Made by a program: the position numbers and the translations under genes. Positions 53,297-62,748 of a stretch of DNA of 64,000 bases are shown piece by piece; position 1 is the stretch's first letter; each line of letters starts with the position of its first letter. The notes under the pieces were generated by a model. That model saw only the letters and a list, made by a program, of their open reading frames with translations, ran no database searches and was not told where the DNA came from. Source of the stretch: Escherichia phage PNJ1809-36; sequence record MT944117.1, one strand, 5' to 3'.

Positions 53297-53754
53297 GACA
53301 ATTCACTATACTGGCAGCTTATGTGCAATGTGTTCACGATTATGTTAGTGCTCATACAGGTTTGCTGGAAGTTAATAGTAAAATTGAAGGCAATATGGGT
53401 ACTGTCTATGTGCAACATACTTTATCTAACGTGCCGTATAAAGTGTTCACTGTTGTAGCTGCCGATTACAATCGTGTAGATGTGCGTTTCTTGGATCATA
53501 ATTTTCGTAACGCACTAGATAATATCGAAGATTATCTTCCCGTGAAACCTTTGTCATTTCCACCGAGTCGTGCAAATAATGTAGTGACAAACCTTAATGA
53601 AAGGAATGTGGCTATGCACAAAAAAGTCCGTCAACTGAAAACGCTGATGGAAATGCAAGAAGAGATTGAAAAAGAACTGAAAGAAGATTTTGGTATGCTT
53701 CCAAAAGACGCTTTGAAATGGTATGATGAACTAGGAGGAGAAAGTTATGAATAA
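53293..53754 (+). CDS. hypothetical protein (153 aa)
   Basis: ORF track. Confidence 0.45.
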   Translation: MRQFTILAAYVQCVHDYVSAHTGLLEVNSKIEGNMGTVYVQHTLSNVPYKVFTVVAADYNRVDVRFLDHNFRNALDNIEDYLPVKPLSFPPSRANNVVTNLNERNVAMHKKVRQLKTLMEMQEEIEKELKEDFGMLPKDALKWYDELGGESYE

Positions 53755-53777
53755 AGAGACTACTGTATATTTAGTGA

Positions 53778-53921
53778 CTAAGAACACCCCAGGTTGGAAT
53801 CAGTGCTCAACACCTCGAAAAAATTCTCTCCAATGATAGCAGCAATACTGTTATCAAAGGTAGAATATAGTCGCATATAATCTTCATCCTGGAAACGGTA
53901 GACATGACCTTCTTTAAACAT
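53778..53921 (-). CDS. antisense-oriented small protein (about 47 aa)
   Basis: ORF track 53778..54002 trimmed to ATG with AAGGAG SD; only leftward gene in this block. Confidence 0.35.
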   Translation of the reverse strand: MFKEGHVYRFQDEDYMRLYSTFDNSIAAIIGENFFEVLSTDSNLGCS

Positions 53922-54005
53922 TGTATGCTCCTTCTTGTTCAAGAGTGAAAGGAATGATTTCACCATAGCTGTATCGCATAGCATCAACTTCTGCTTCTGC
54001 ACGTT

Positions 54006-54389
54006 GTGCTAGTTCTAGTGTTGCACAGATTTTATATGGGGTTGTTGAGCACTGATGCAAATGGTAATATCTTGTCAATTGTTGTGATAGGGAGAGACGG
54101 TATTATCACTGCTAGTGATGGGGATCGTTACATAATCAATTCTGCTCATATAGATTATTTTGTTGACGGTGGTATTCGTGGTGGTCGTGGAAAACCCCAA
54201 GAAGAACCTGTTGATACAACAAAAGAAGAGTGGTATGTTGTAATGACTGATGACACCTGTATTTCTGGATTTGAAAGTTATGAAGAAGCTTTGAAAGAAG
54301 CAGCAGAGCATAAAATGGCTAATCCTACAGAAGAGGTTGAAGTTTATAAACGTTTGGTTGTTGCTACCATCGGCGTATCTTTTGTTTAA
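54006..54389 (+). CDS. hypothetical protein (up to 127 aa, start uncertain)
   Basis: ORF track; no convincing SD at GTG 54006 or ATG 54036. Confidence 0.35.
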   Translation: MLVLVLHRFYMGLLSTDANGNILSIVVIGRDGIITASDGDRYIINSAHIDYFVDGGIRGGRGKPQEEPVDTTKEEWYVVMTDDTCISGFESYEEALKEAAEHKMANPTEEVEVYKRLVVATIGVSFV

Positions 54390-54401
54390 AAGGGGAATGT
54401 T

Positions 54402-54839
54402 ATGTTTAAAGTTAATGCTGTTTACTGTTTCAAAACTAAAGCTGCCCGTGAAGCTTTCTCTATGATCTCTGATGAAAATTTCAAAATGGCAGCTTTGATT
54501 GAAGGGTCTTGTTTCCGCGTCGAAGATGTTAGTGAATCAGGCTCTGTTTGCTCATTGACTTTATTGGACAGCGGGGATATTATTGAAGCTGGACAGTATC
54601 CGTTCAGAAGTTGGGGGATATTGTTAGCTCGCGGAGAGCGTAACTTTTTTATGTGCGTGTCTGCGGGGGAAGTTGTGAAAGAAACTAAGGATGTTTCTGT
54701 TTACAATTCTGAATTTATAAGTTATAGTGAGTATCAACATCTGGAAGGCATTGTTGGTCACTTGTTATCTCTGATTAATATTGAATGTGACTTGCCTGAA
54801 TCATTGAAAGAAGAGTTGAAAGCATTAGATCTGCTATAA
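54402..54839 (+). CDS. hypothetical protein (145 aa)
   Basis: ORF track. Confidence 0.45.
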   Translation: MFKVNAVYCFKTKAAREAFSMISDENFKMAALIEGSCFRVEDVSESGSVCSLTLLDSGDIIEAGQYPFRSWGILLARGERNFFMCVSAGEVVKETKDVSVYNSEFISYSEYQHLEGIVGHLLSLINIECDLPESLKEELKALDLL

Positions 54840-54866
54840 TGTTTCACACAACGAAAGGAGAATAAG

Positions 54867-55166
54867 ATGAATCTGACTGAACAGTTACGCCGTATTGCAA
54901 AAGAAGCTTCCTTCAACTTCCCTGTTGAAGAAGTGATCGAGACATGTTTTGCTGAAGCACGAGCGGGAAACTCTTCAAGAAATTTCACGCCATCTGATTT
55001 TGGTTTGGATAATTCTCCTACTCACCCAGGGGAAATCTACAATCAGGTGAAATGGATGGATGAAGCAGTAGCAATTCTTCGTGAGCGTGGGCTTATTGTT
55101 TATAAAGAAATGGATCTGAACGGGGCATACGAGTGGATCACTATTGATTGGTCGGAGGTGAAATAA
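54867..55166 (+). CDS. hypothetical protein (99 aa)
   Basis: ORF track. Confidence 0.45.
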   Translation: MNLTEQLRRIAKEASFNFPVEEVIETCFAEARAGNSSRNFTPSDFGLDNSPTHPGEIYNQVKWMDEAVAILRERGLIVYKEMDLNGAYEWITIDWSEVK

Positions 55167-55375
55167 TGGTTACTATCACGTTGACAGTTACACAAGAGCA
55201 AGCAGAAGAATTACGTGATGCACTGGCATATATGGGACGCGCTTATTATATGCCTCACAAATCTCAAGATGTTTTTGCTACAGCCGTTGAGAAAGCTTTA
55301 AACAAATACCGAGAAACTCATGCCGTTCCTAAAGTATCAGCGGAAGAGTTTGGCACTTGGCACGAAGTTCACTGA
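55166..55375 (+). CDS. hypothetical protein (about 69 aa)
   Basis: ORF track trimmed to ATG. Confidence 0.4.
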   Translation: MVTITLTVTQEQAEELRDALAYMGRAYYMPHKSQDVFATAVEKALNKYRETHAVPKVSAEEFGTWHEVH

Positions 55376-55385
55376 GGAGGTTTCG

Positions 55386-55619
55386 ATGAAAGGTAACAAG
55401 ATGAAAGTTAATCAAGTGCCGAGCGCATACACTTTGTGGCTTGCGCGAGCGTTACACCAGACGATCAAAAACCCTAAGAAGCCAATGAAGAGCGGGAAGA
55501 AGTTTATGTCTAAGGGCAAAACAACCTTTGGCTTCACTCGTATGTCTGTTAAGATGAAAAGACTGGGGTACAAGCCAAACTACGCTCGTTACCCTTCTGA
55601 ATACAACTGGTTTGACTAA
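55386..55619 (+). CDS. hypothetical basic protein (about 77 aa)
   Basis: ORF track trimmed to ATG with GAGGAGG SD. Confidence 0.45.
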   Translation: MKGNKMKVNQVPSAYTLWLARALHQTIKNPKKPMKSGKKFMSKGKTTFGFTRMSVKMKRLGYKPNYARYPSEYNWFD

Positions 55620-55631
55620 AAGGAGAAAGCA

Positions 55632-56105
55632 ATGGCAGGTTTGAAACTGGAGATGTTGACAAAGCAAGAATTTGTTCCCGAACACGGTGAAACTTACATT
55701 GCTTTCTTGATTAGTGATTTTTATGGGGATTTAGAGTATGTTGAACTGGAGTGTGAGTTTCACTACCAAATGATTGACGCAGAAACTGGTTATTGTTTGG
55801 GTACGTCTGCGGTGTATAATGGTGATAATGGCATTCCTTTTCATACCCCAATGAGGTACGAAGCGAAAAGCCGATTCAAACTTCTCACAGAAGAAGAAAA
55901 AGAGACATATAAATATCACGAAGAGGAGGATCAACGCTTCTGGTGGGAGAAAACTTGGTTCCTGTCTGATCGCCGTAATCTTCAGATTCACCCAGAAGAA
56001 CTGGATGAAATGTCCATCGGGATTATGAAGAAGAAAGACTTCATGTACCAGGTGAGAGAAGCTAATAAGTTCCGTGTTGCAACTAAAGAGGAGAACAAAA
56101 CATGA
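55632..56105 (+). CDS. hypothetical protein (157 aa)
   Basis: ORF track. Confidence 0.45.
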   Translation: MAGLKLEMLTKQEFVPEHGETYIAFLISDFYGDLEYVELECEFHYQMIDAETGYCLGTSAVYNGDNGIPFHTPMRYEAKSRFKLLTEEEKETYKYHEEEDQRFWWEKTWFLSDRRNLQIHPEELDEMSIGIMKKKDFMYQVREANKFRVATKEENKT

Positions 56106-56320
56106 AAACATTTATTCGCGTAAAACATGATCCAAACAGCAGTTACCCATACGCGTATGTTGAACGTCATGAAGGAGCCTATTACACCATAAAACGTAAA
56201 GTCCCAACTGATACAGGGTTTAACTTTGATGTTATTGCGCTGGATGATCAAGGTGTTGATAATCTGGTGAATGCATTACTCGCATTGAAGGAAGTACGAT
56301 ATGAAAATCAGACTAATTGA
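56102..56320 (+). CDS. hypothetical protein (72 aa)
   Basis: ORF track. Confidence 0.45.
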   Translation: MKTFIRVKHDPNSSYPYAYVERHEGAYYTIKRKVPTDTGFNFDVIALDDQGVDNLVNALLALKEVRYENQTN

Positions 56321-56492
56321 AAAGGGTGATACCATCTTCGAAACCCGTAAAGGTGAAATCACAGAGATTCCAGAAGAAAGATCAACAATCCTTGTCGATG
56401 GTGTTTTGAAATATTGCTGTAGTGTCTATAAATCTTACGAGAAGGATCAGTATGGCGATCCAGAAATCTGGTTTGTAGGAGATGTGTATTAA
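56301..56492 (+). CDS. hypothetical protein (63 aa)
   Basis: ORF track. Confidence 0.4.
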   Translation: MKIRLIEKGDTIFETRKGEITEIPEERSTILVDGVLKYCCSVYKSYEKDQYGDPEIWFVGDVY

Positions 56493-56501
56493 GGGGGTAA
56501 A

Positions 56502-56861
56502 ATGAGCGGAGAATTTCGTAAAGTAAAAGATATCTCCTTGTTTGAAGGAGATGTTGTTAGGATGAACGGAAGATTGTTAAAATTTCACCAGTTGATGCAT
56601 CCAAGCACAACACGTAACGTGATGGTCATCTTCCAGGATGCTTTTGCTGCCAGCGATTACACTCCATATTCAGCAGAAACTGAAGTATATTTTGAAGGAT
56701 ATGTTGATCGACCACTTGCAAAAGAGATGTGGGACAAGTATCATATAAACATTACAGATTCACGGGGTGTCTTCTGGAACTACCCTAGTGAAGGTAAAGT
56801 GGCTTTCGATTCTTGTGATCGTTTAGCCGAAGAGATTGCCGAATGGCGCGATACTCACTAA
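56502..56861 (+). CDS. hypothetical protein (119 aa)
   Basis: ORF track. Confidence 0.45.
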   Translation: MSGEFRKVKDISLFEGDVVRMNGRLLKFHQLMHPSTTRNVMVIFQDAFAASDYTPYSAETEVYFEGYVDRPLAKEMWDKYHINITDSRGVFWNYPSEGKVAFDSCDRLAEEIAEWRDTH

Positions 56862-56876
56862 AACAGGAGAAAGATT

Positions 56877-57053
56877 ATGGCTACTTTTCAACAACTGAAA
56901 GATGTTTCACGTTTAGTAAGAAAAATCCGAGAAGCAGACGCTGCTGTGCGGAATGCATTAACGCCAGCAGAGCGTGAAGATCTTGAAGAGGAGGTGAAAA
57001 CAGCCGAGAATGCTTTTGCTGCGTATCTTTCAACACTGTACACAGGAGGTTAA
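56877..57053 (+). CDS. hypothetical protein (58 aa)
   Basis: Manual translation MATFQQLKDVSRLVRKIREADAAVRNALTPAERED... Confidence 0.4.
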   Translation: MATFQQLKDVSRLVRKIREADAAVRNALTPAEREDLEEEVKTAENAFAAYLSTLYTGG

Positions 57054-57368
57054 ATGTCAGAAGAACTAAAAGAATTTTATCAGGCATATCATAACTGGCT
57101 GTTAGCTGGCGCTCCAGATAATAATCCTTTCTGGCACGATAAAGGATTATGTAGTTGCCTCTACCTTTGGACTGGTGGTTACGATGATCTAAATTATGAA
57201 ATGCAAATGCAATTTCGAGAAGCAGGGTTGTCTGAAGAATACCCGTTTGATGACGGAGACTGGTTTAAATATGATTTTGCACAAAGAAACGGGCTATTGC
57301 ATTTGAATGCTGCCCGTATAAAATGGGTAAAAGATCATGCTACACAGGAGGATGTGCAATGCCAATAG
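57054..57368 (+). CDS. paralog family C member 2 (104 aa)
   Basis: ORF track; FYQAYHNWLLAGAP...GLCSCL...PF...IKWVKD. Confidence 0.5.
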   Translation: MSEELKEFYQAYHNWLLAGAPDNNPFWHDKGLCSCLYLWTGGYDDLNYEMQMQFREAGLSEEYPFDDGDWFKYDFAQRNGLLHLNAARIKWVKDHATQEDVQCQ

Positions 57369-57559
57369 TGTTTAGTTTCTTGGTAATTGTTATGGTTGTT
57401 CTTTTCGCGGCATGGCTTTGGGATTTTGACCCAGGAGCAGCGCAGCAAAGAGCTACAGACTGGAAAGAACAGTGTATTGTGCTCAAACATGAACGAAATG
57501 CGGAGAAATTTCTTGACCTGGAGTGTGATCGCCTTGTAAGATACAAGCAAGATAAATAA
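57359..57559 (+). CDS. small membrane-anchored protein (about 66 aa)
   Basis: ORF track trimmed to ATG with AGGAGGA SD. Confidence 0.4.
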   Translation: MPIVFSFLVIVMVVLFAAWLWDFDPGAAQQRATDWKEQCIVLKHERNAEKFLDLECDRLVRYKQDK

Positions 57560-57573
57560 CCTTGAGGTGCAAA

Positions 57574-57762
57574 ATGGTAATTGAGATTAAACTTGAATAT
57601 GCTGGGGCTGTTGCCCTGATCGCACAAATGTTGGGAGCAAAGATTGAAGAAGTGTATATCAATGCCTGGAGTGTAGAGATTGATGTTCCTATGGATAACA
57701 TTGCTAATCGCTTGCTGGTGGCAGAGTGTGAACGCACCAACATAATCTACAAAGGAGCATAA
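57574..57762 (+). CDS. hypothetical protein (about 62 aa)
   Basis: ORF track trimmed to ATG. Confidence 0.4.
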   Translation: MVIEIKLEYAGAVALIAQMLGAKIEEVYINAWSVEIDVPMDNIANRLLVAECERTNIIYKGA

Positions 57763-57763
57763 T

Positions 57764-57985
57764 ATGAAAATCAGAGTTTGTGATGTATTGGGTTATGTTG
57801 GTTTTAAGAATGTTCAGATTCCTTTTGTTGTTGAAGCACATCTTGTTAGCGATGATATGACAACATTCTTTGTTACGATAGAAGAAATGTCCAAAGTTGA
57901 GGGATGGGAGTGGTTTGAAGAAGATGTTTGGGAAGGTTGTGATTACGTATTTTTCTCTGATGAAGTGAATGTTCTTTCGGAGTAG
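57764..57985 (+). CDS. hypothetical protein (73 aa)
   Basis: ORF track. Confidence 0.45.
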   Translation: MKIRVCDVLGYVGFKNVQIPFVVEAHLVSDDMTTFFVTIEEMSKVEGWEWFEEDVWEGCDYVFFSDEVNVLSE

Positions 57986-57987
57986 GT

Positions 57988-58194
57988 ATGTCTTGTTTTA
58001 CAAAAGCAGTATCCATATGTAAGAAACAGTATGAAAGTGATTACGGGATATTTAATATTCCAGCGGATCATACGGAGTATTGTTCATGTGGTGGCAGAAT
58101 GAAGAAAACAGTGATTTATGCGGATAATGAAGATGAACTTGTTCCGGTTATGGTTTGCAAAGCTTGTCATTCTGTTAAAACATTAAAAGCGTAA
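57988..58194 (+). CDS. small zinc-ribbon-like protein (68 aa)
   Basis: ORF track; CSCGG...CKAC. Confidence 0.45.
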   Translation: MSCFTKAVSICKKQYESDYGIFNIPADHTEYCSCGGRMKKTVIYADNEDELVPVMVCKACHSVKTLKA

Positions 58195-58289
58195 GGAGTC
58201 GGGACACCCGACGATTGGAGCTAAAAATTTTGCGTACAACCCTTTCCGCCCAACAGGGGCGCGTCGGGTAAATAAAGAGGAGAGTTTAT

Positions 58290-58688
58290 ATGAAAAAGAT
58301 CATCGTAGGTTTATTGTTACTCATTGCATCACTCGGAACAGCAAATGCGTCTCAAGTTTATGAGTGTGTGTCAGATGTGGTTGTTAAAAATCTGAAAGGT
58401 GAAGTGATTTCTGGTCCTAAGAAAATGGCTTCTGTTGTCATTAATAAAGATAACTCCTTTATCCTTAAAAATTCAGGTGGTGCTTTGATGAGTGGCATTC
58501 TGCAATACACAGGAGAAAAAAGTAAAGATGGTAGTGCTATGTATGGTTCACAACAGTTTATTGGCACTACTGAAGTTGTGATGATGCGCACAGAGTATCG
58601 AGACACTTTAGCTTGGTTTGCATTTCTAAAAAATGATAAAACAATAACGAATGTTCTTACTCTAGAAGCTGATTGTACGCAACGATAA
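58290..58688 (+). CDS. secreted protein (132 aa)
   Basis: ORF track; signal peptide MKKIIVGLLLLIASLGTANA. Confidence 0.5.
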   Translation: MKKIIVGLLLLIASLGTANASQVYECVSDVVVKNLKGEVISGPKKMASVVINKDNSFILKNSGGALMSGILQYTGEKSKDGSAMYGSQQFIGTTEVVMMRTEYRDTLAWFAFLKNDKTITNVLTLEADCTQR

Positions 58689-58697
58689 GGGGGATTT

Positions 58698-59153
58698 ATG
58701 ACTAAAATGAGACATTACGCTGTAAACTGCAACGATGCTTGGCGTTTGTGTCCTGATGATCCGACAGAAGGTACATTTGTAAGATATGAGGATTATAAAG
58801 AGTTATCGGATGCTGTAATCGCATTGTTAACTGATATCCGTTCACGTTATCCAGGACAAGATTTCACTTGCCCTCACATCAAACTTCTTGCTTGCCTGGT
58901 AGAAGGTGAGAAAGAAGTGGAAGATGGCTTCAAGCGTGTAGAGTATCAAGGTGAAACTTTAGATGTTCCTGAATTTGTTAATTATATTGCAACAGATTCA
59001 AGTGGCGAGCGTTATGGTTACACTCATAAACCGGAGATTCCAGATTTCGCTTATGCGTGGCGTATTCCTTATGAAGTTTTTAATGTTGCAGATTGCTGGT
59101 ATTTAGGAGAAGGAAACAACCTTAATTGGCGTGATTCCTTGGTTCAGGTTTAA
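58698..59153 (+). CDS. hypothetical protein (151 aa)
   Basis: ORF track. Confidence 0.45.
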   Translation: MTKMRHYAVNCNDAWRLCPDDPTEGTFVRYEDYKELSDAVIALLTDIRSRYPGQDFTCPHIKLLACLVEGEKEVEDGFKRVEYQGETLDVPEFVNYIATDSSGERYGYTHKPEIPDFAYAWRIPYEVFNVADCWYLGEGNNLNWRDSLVQV

Positions 59154-59157
59154 CAAT

Positions 59158-59421
59158 ATGAAAGAGACATTGCCAGCAGCATACCGTTTGAATGATGAAC
59201 GTATTTGGGAGTGGACCGACGTTTCTTGTTTTTACCCTGAAATAGTTCAATATTGGCGAGCAAAAGGGTGTGTTGTAGTTATCAACCCATGTGGACCAGT
59301 GGATGAAGATTGCTTGTATCTCGATGGAAAGTGGCACAGTTATTGTCGCTGGCCTTTTGAGTGGATGTGTAAAGAAGATCTCCCAGAGGGTTGGGAGTAT
59401 CCAAAAGCAAATAGGAGATAA
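59158..59421 (+). CDS. hypothetical protein (about 87 aa)
   Basis: ORF track trimmed to ATG. Confidence 0.4.
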   Translation: MKETLPAAYRLNDERIWEWTDVSCFYPEIVQYWRAKGCVVVINPCGPVDEDCLYLDGKWHSYCRWPFEWMCKEDLPEGWEYPKANRR

Positions 59422-59422
59422 T

Positions 59423-59785
59423 ATGTCTGAAGATTTTGTTGAAGTGTTTGTCAAAGACGAAGAAACTGGTTTAGGCACAGGTTTCATTTGTGAAGAAACC
59501 TTTAAACGTGAACAAGAAAAAGCTATTCTTATGCGAAACTATGATCACGCATTAGAACAATGGAAAAATGCAGAACAAAAATGCAAAAACCTTTATGCAG
59601 AAAATAGAAAACTACAAGATCAAATGGAGTTGTTAGCTATCAGTTTACGATCTCTCATTTTGGCTGTAGAAGATGGTTTTAAAAATCCAGATGGTTTTCC
59701 TGTGAGCGATATTGAACATGATTTGTATCTTGCTCGTGGTGCTTACTTCTATGTTAAACAGAAGTCTGTAGAAGGAGAGAAGTGA
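59423..59785 (+). CDS. hypothetical coiled-coil protein (about 120 aa)
   Basis: ORF track 59291..59785 trimmed to ATG with AGGAGA SD. Confidence 0.45.
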   Translation: MSEDFVEVFVKDEETGLGTGFICEETFKREQEKAILMRNYDHALEQWKNAEQKCKNLYAENRKLQDQMELLAISLRSLILAVEDGFKNPDGFPVSDIEHDLYLARGAYFYVKQKSVEGEK

Positions 59786-59982
59786 TGGAAGAAAAACTGG
59801 AACGTATTATCGAGTTAGCCATGTCTATTGGCTACGACGATTGTTTTCTCCAAACTATTGGAGAAACAGAGAACGATTACGACTCTTGGGTGAAAGAGTT
59901 GGAAGAACTTAAAACTTCCTTGATTGCTGACTTTGCTGAAGCAGAGGATAAAGCAGATCGTTACAACTATCTGTGTCGATAA
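59785..59982 (+). CDS. hypothetical acidic protein (about 65 aa)
   Basis: ORF track. Confidence 0.4.
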   Translation: MEEKLERIIELAMSIGYDDCFLQTIGETENDYDSWVKELEELKTSLIADFAEAEDKADRYNYLCR

Positions 59983-59985
59983 GCC

Positions 59986-60013
59986 TTGACATTTATTTTA
60001 TGTATGGTATACA
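59986..60013 (+). promoter_or_regulatory. sigma70-like promoter (TTGACA-16-TATACA)
   Basis: Directly after the stop at 59982, about 30 nt upstream of the ATG at 60045. Confidence 0.5.
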
Positions 60014-60044
60014 TACATTATCAACGTGAGCAAGGTGGTGTAAT

Positions 60045-60317
60045 ATGAATAAAGATCGGTTTCTTTCTTTAGTCGCGGAAGCTCCTTTTGATGTTCTTGG
60101 GGTGAGATTATGGAAAGACAGAAACTATGGGTTAGATGTTCAAACATACTCTCTTTGGTTGGTTGGGGAGCACAGTTTAGATGAAAGCTTGTGCATGGGT
60201 AGGGATTCTCGTTCCCTCTGTTTAAAGTTCAGAAGCTTAGAACGCGCAAACAAAGAGCAAGAAAAACTAACGAGGTGGCTAAATGAAAACAAGCGCAAGG
60301 TTGATGGAGTTTTATAA
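60045..60317 (+). CDS. hypothetical protein (90 aa)
   Basis: ORF track. Confidence 0.45.
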   Translation: MNKDRFLSLVAEAPFDVLGVRLWKDRNYGLDVQTYSLWLVGEHSLDESLCMGRDSRSLCLKFRSLERANKEQEKLTRWLNENKRKVDGVL

Positions 60318-60609
60318 AATTTATTTAGCATGGATTGATGTTGGTGCTCCTGATGGTAAACCTTTTCGGCGGGATTGCGGTTTGTGTGCCAACTTATTCG
60401 ACTATGTGCACGCGGATGGCTACAATCCCCTTATAACAACCTTGTCAGATGAAATGCACGCACAGTTTTACCACAAAGGGTTGAGTCAAGAATTACCCTT
60501 CAATGAGAACTACGATGCATATGTCTTAGAATCAGATGCAGAGGTATGTCACCTGAATGTGGACAGGATTAATTGGGTAAGAGATCGTATTGCAGAGGAG
60601 GATGAATAA
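60283..60609 (+). CDS. paralog family C member 3 (108 aa)
   Basis: ORF track; FYKIYLAWIDVGAP...GLCANL...PF...INWVRDR. Confidence 0.5.
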   Translation: MKTSARLMEFYKIYLAWIDVGAPDGKPFRRDCGLCANLFDYVHADGYNPLITTLSDEMHAQFYHKGLSQELPFNENYDAYVLESDAEVCHLNVDRINWVRDRIAEEDE

Positions 60610-60836
60610 TGTCGGATTATAACTGGTATGAACTTGAGGCTGTTTGTCAGTTTTATGACTCAATAGTTCTGCGTGATCCAATCTGTCAAGAATTGAGTCG
60701 CCGTGCAAGTGCATTGGCAATCCGTGTTAAAATAAACGGTTGGAACGCAGATTTGGAAAAAGAGTTGGAATTTCTCTTAGAAAACACGCGGGTCTTCCGC
60801 AAAGTGTTCCCTGAATGGTTTGAGATGGAAGAATGA
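60609..60836 (+). CDS. hypothetical protein (75 aa)
   Basis: ORF track. Confidence 0.45.
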   Translation: MSDYNWYELEAVCQFYDSIVLRDPICQELSRRASALAIRVKINGWNADLEKELEFLLENTRVFRKVFPEWFEMEE

Positions 60837-61051
60837 TCATGTGGATTGTGCGTCTTAAGTATGATGGCAAGTTTCCGTGGGAGAAAGATGTTTGTGCTTG
60901 TGATTCGGCAGCACATGCCAAAGCAGCGGGTCAGGCAGTAGTTGACATGTATAACAACACTTCCGTTGATCCAGAAATGGCAGGTGTTACAATGAGCATG
61001 TTCACTTACTATTCTTTTGAGGTTTACTATCATGAAGGAGAGTGGAAATGA
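60833..61051 (+). CDS. hypothetical protein (72 aa)
   Basis: ORF track. Confidence 0.4.
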   Translation: MIMWIVRLKYDGKFPWEKDVCACDSAAHAKAAGQAVVDMYNNTSVDPEMAGVTMSMFTYYSFEVYYHEGEWK

Positions 61052-61368
61052 GCGAAGAACTATTAACATTTTACCGCACGTATTTGGCATGGTTGGAAGC
61101 TGGTGCTCCTGAAGGCGAACCGTTCACCCGTTGCACAGGTTTGTGCTCGAACCTCTATCATTTTTACGATATGGGTGAAAGCGAACGATACGAACCCGTA
61201 CTGGATGAAATGCATGAGCAGTTCTACCGCAAAGGTTTGGTTATGGTGTTGCCTTTCAACAGTAATTTTGGAAAGTACACCTTAGAAGCGGAAAAAAGCC
61301 GCTGTCACTTGAATGTGGATCGTGTGAACTGGGTAAAAGAACGTGTAGCAGAAGAAATAATTGGTTGA
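61048..61368 (+). CDS. paralog family C member 4 (about 106 aa)
   Basis: ORF track trimmed to ATG with AAGGAGAG SD; FYRTYLAWLEAGAP...GLCSNL...PF...VNWVKER. Confidence 0.5.
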   Translation: MSEELLTFYRTYLAWLEAGAPEGEPFTRCTGLCSNLYHFYDMGESERYEPVLDEMHEQFYRKGLVMVLPFNSNFGKYTLEAEKSRCHLNVDRVNWVKERVAEEIIG

Positions 61369-61393
61369 CAGAGGGATCTGTCTTTGTCATAAT
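61365..61393 (+). promoter_or_regulatory. sigma70-like promoter (TTGACA-17-CATAAT)
   Basis: -35 overlaps the stop at 61368; spacer holds gacag/ctgtc inverted repeat. Confidence 0.45.
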
Positions 61394-61422
61394 CATCTCA
61401 TCGAAACAGAGAGGAGAGAATC

Positions 61423-61836
61423 ATGAAAAAGTTTATTTGCACCCGTTCCACTAACAGTGATATCCTTGTAGGTAAGGTTATCAAAGGAGAACTCTTCCAT
61501 GCAAACGGTAAGAAATATATTCTGCTGAAAGATTCTTTCAACGGGGAATATCCGCGCTGCACTTTCTTCAATTACAACACTCCATTTGCTTTAGAAGGAG
61601 ATGCTTGGGACTGGGCTGAACTCAATCCTTGTTGTGAGGAAGAAGAATCTATGTTCTTAGGTTTAAACGTTTACCGTGTAGATTACACCATGTGCGGAGC
61701 GGAACATTCTGTTCGCGTAGAAGCCGAATCCAAGCTACAAGCACCTTTCAAGGCGGGATTGCCTTTGGGTCATTGTTTGGCAAACATTGAAGATGTTGTG
61801 ATCCAAAGAGTTGTTTTAGAGAAAGGGGCTATTTGA
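61423..61836 (+). CDS. hypothetical protein (137 aa)
   Basis: ORF track. Confidence 0.45.
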   Translation: MKKFICTRSTNSDILVGKVIKGELFHANGKKYILLKDSFNGEYPRCTFFNYNTPFALEGDAWDWAELNPCCEEEESMFLGLNVYRVDYTMCGAEHSVRVEAESKLQAPFKAGLPLGHCLANIEDVVIQRVVLEKGAI

Positions 61837-61889
61837 CAGAAAACGGTACAATATTTAAAATATAAAGATTAACCACAAAAGGAGAGAAA

Positions 61890-62189
61890 ATGCAAGTTGA
61901 AGACCTGATCCAGATTCTGAATAGAGCCAAAGAGAAGGGTGCTATCAAAGACTGGAAACGTGAAACGAGTGAAGACCTATCTCACTGTTGCCGAGAATTT
62001 TACATCGAAGGTATTGCTGACGATCATTATACTATCGAATGGTATATCAACTTAATGACCCTTAAGCACGGTTCATTTGAGATTTGGTTTGATGACATTG
62101 ATGTAAATGGTTTTCATCCTGGCTATAAAATCGCTATGCAGTTATCTTATCGTAGAGAAGTTGTAGCACATTTGGGTTTACATAACTAA
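61890..62189 (+). CDS. hypothetical protein (99 aa)
   Basis: ORF track. Confidence 0.45.
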   Translation: MQVEDLIQILNRAKEKGAIKDWKRETSEDLSHCCREFYIEGIADDHYTIEWYINLMTLKHGSFEIWFDDIDVNGFHPGYKIAMQLSYRREVVAHLGLHN

Positions 62190-62199
62190 GGAGAAAAGA

Positions 62200-62523
62200 A
62201 TGCAAGCAGTTGTTAACGAAGCTATTATGAACTTATCCTTCTTGTTAGCTGGTTTAGGAGGTGTTCTCATAGGTTTGGGTCTTATCTGGTGTATTCGTCG
62301 ATTAATCGGGTACCGACAAAAAGGTGTTTCATGTTTTGTATCTTACAATTTTACAACTGCTTACAGCAATGAAGTTGGATCTGGTAATGCTCAAGCATTT
62401 TTACCAACATATCCTCCTACGGTGGAAGATATTCGAAACTTGGAAGTACAACTTATGGGACTAGGTGATAACTATACATCTCTAGTTATTCAAAATATTT
62501 TTCGACTAAAACAGGGGGCGTGA
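62200..62523 (+). CDS. membrane-anchored protein (107 aa)
   Basis: ORF track; N-terminal transmembrane segment. Confidence 0.45.
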   Translation: MQAVVNEAIMNLSFLLAGLGGVLIGLGLIWCIRRLIGYRQKGVSCFVSYNFTTAYSNEVGSGNAQAFLPTYPPTVEDIRNLEVQLMGLGDNYTSLVIQNIFRLKQGA

Positions 62524-62736
62524 ATGAAGGTACATTACCCTCATCCCTTTGATCCTAAAAACAAAGCCGTAATTCTTCGTCAGTGGCAACGGGTTTGTCG
62601 TACTAAATGTCCAATCAATAGCCCACACAATGTAGACAAGGACTATCTTGGTACATTTGTTGAATACACTTACATAGACAAAAACAAGCGTAAACAACAT
62701 GTCGAGGAATACTGCTTAAGAGTAGAATGGCTGTAA
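62524..62736 (+). CDS. hypothetical protein (70 aa)
   Basis: ORF track. Confidence 0.45.
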   Translation: MKVHYPHPFDPKNKAVILRQWQRVCRTKCPINSPHNVDKDYLGTFVEYTYIDKNKRKQHVEEYCLRVEWL

Positions 62737-62748
62737 ATAATAAATACC

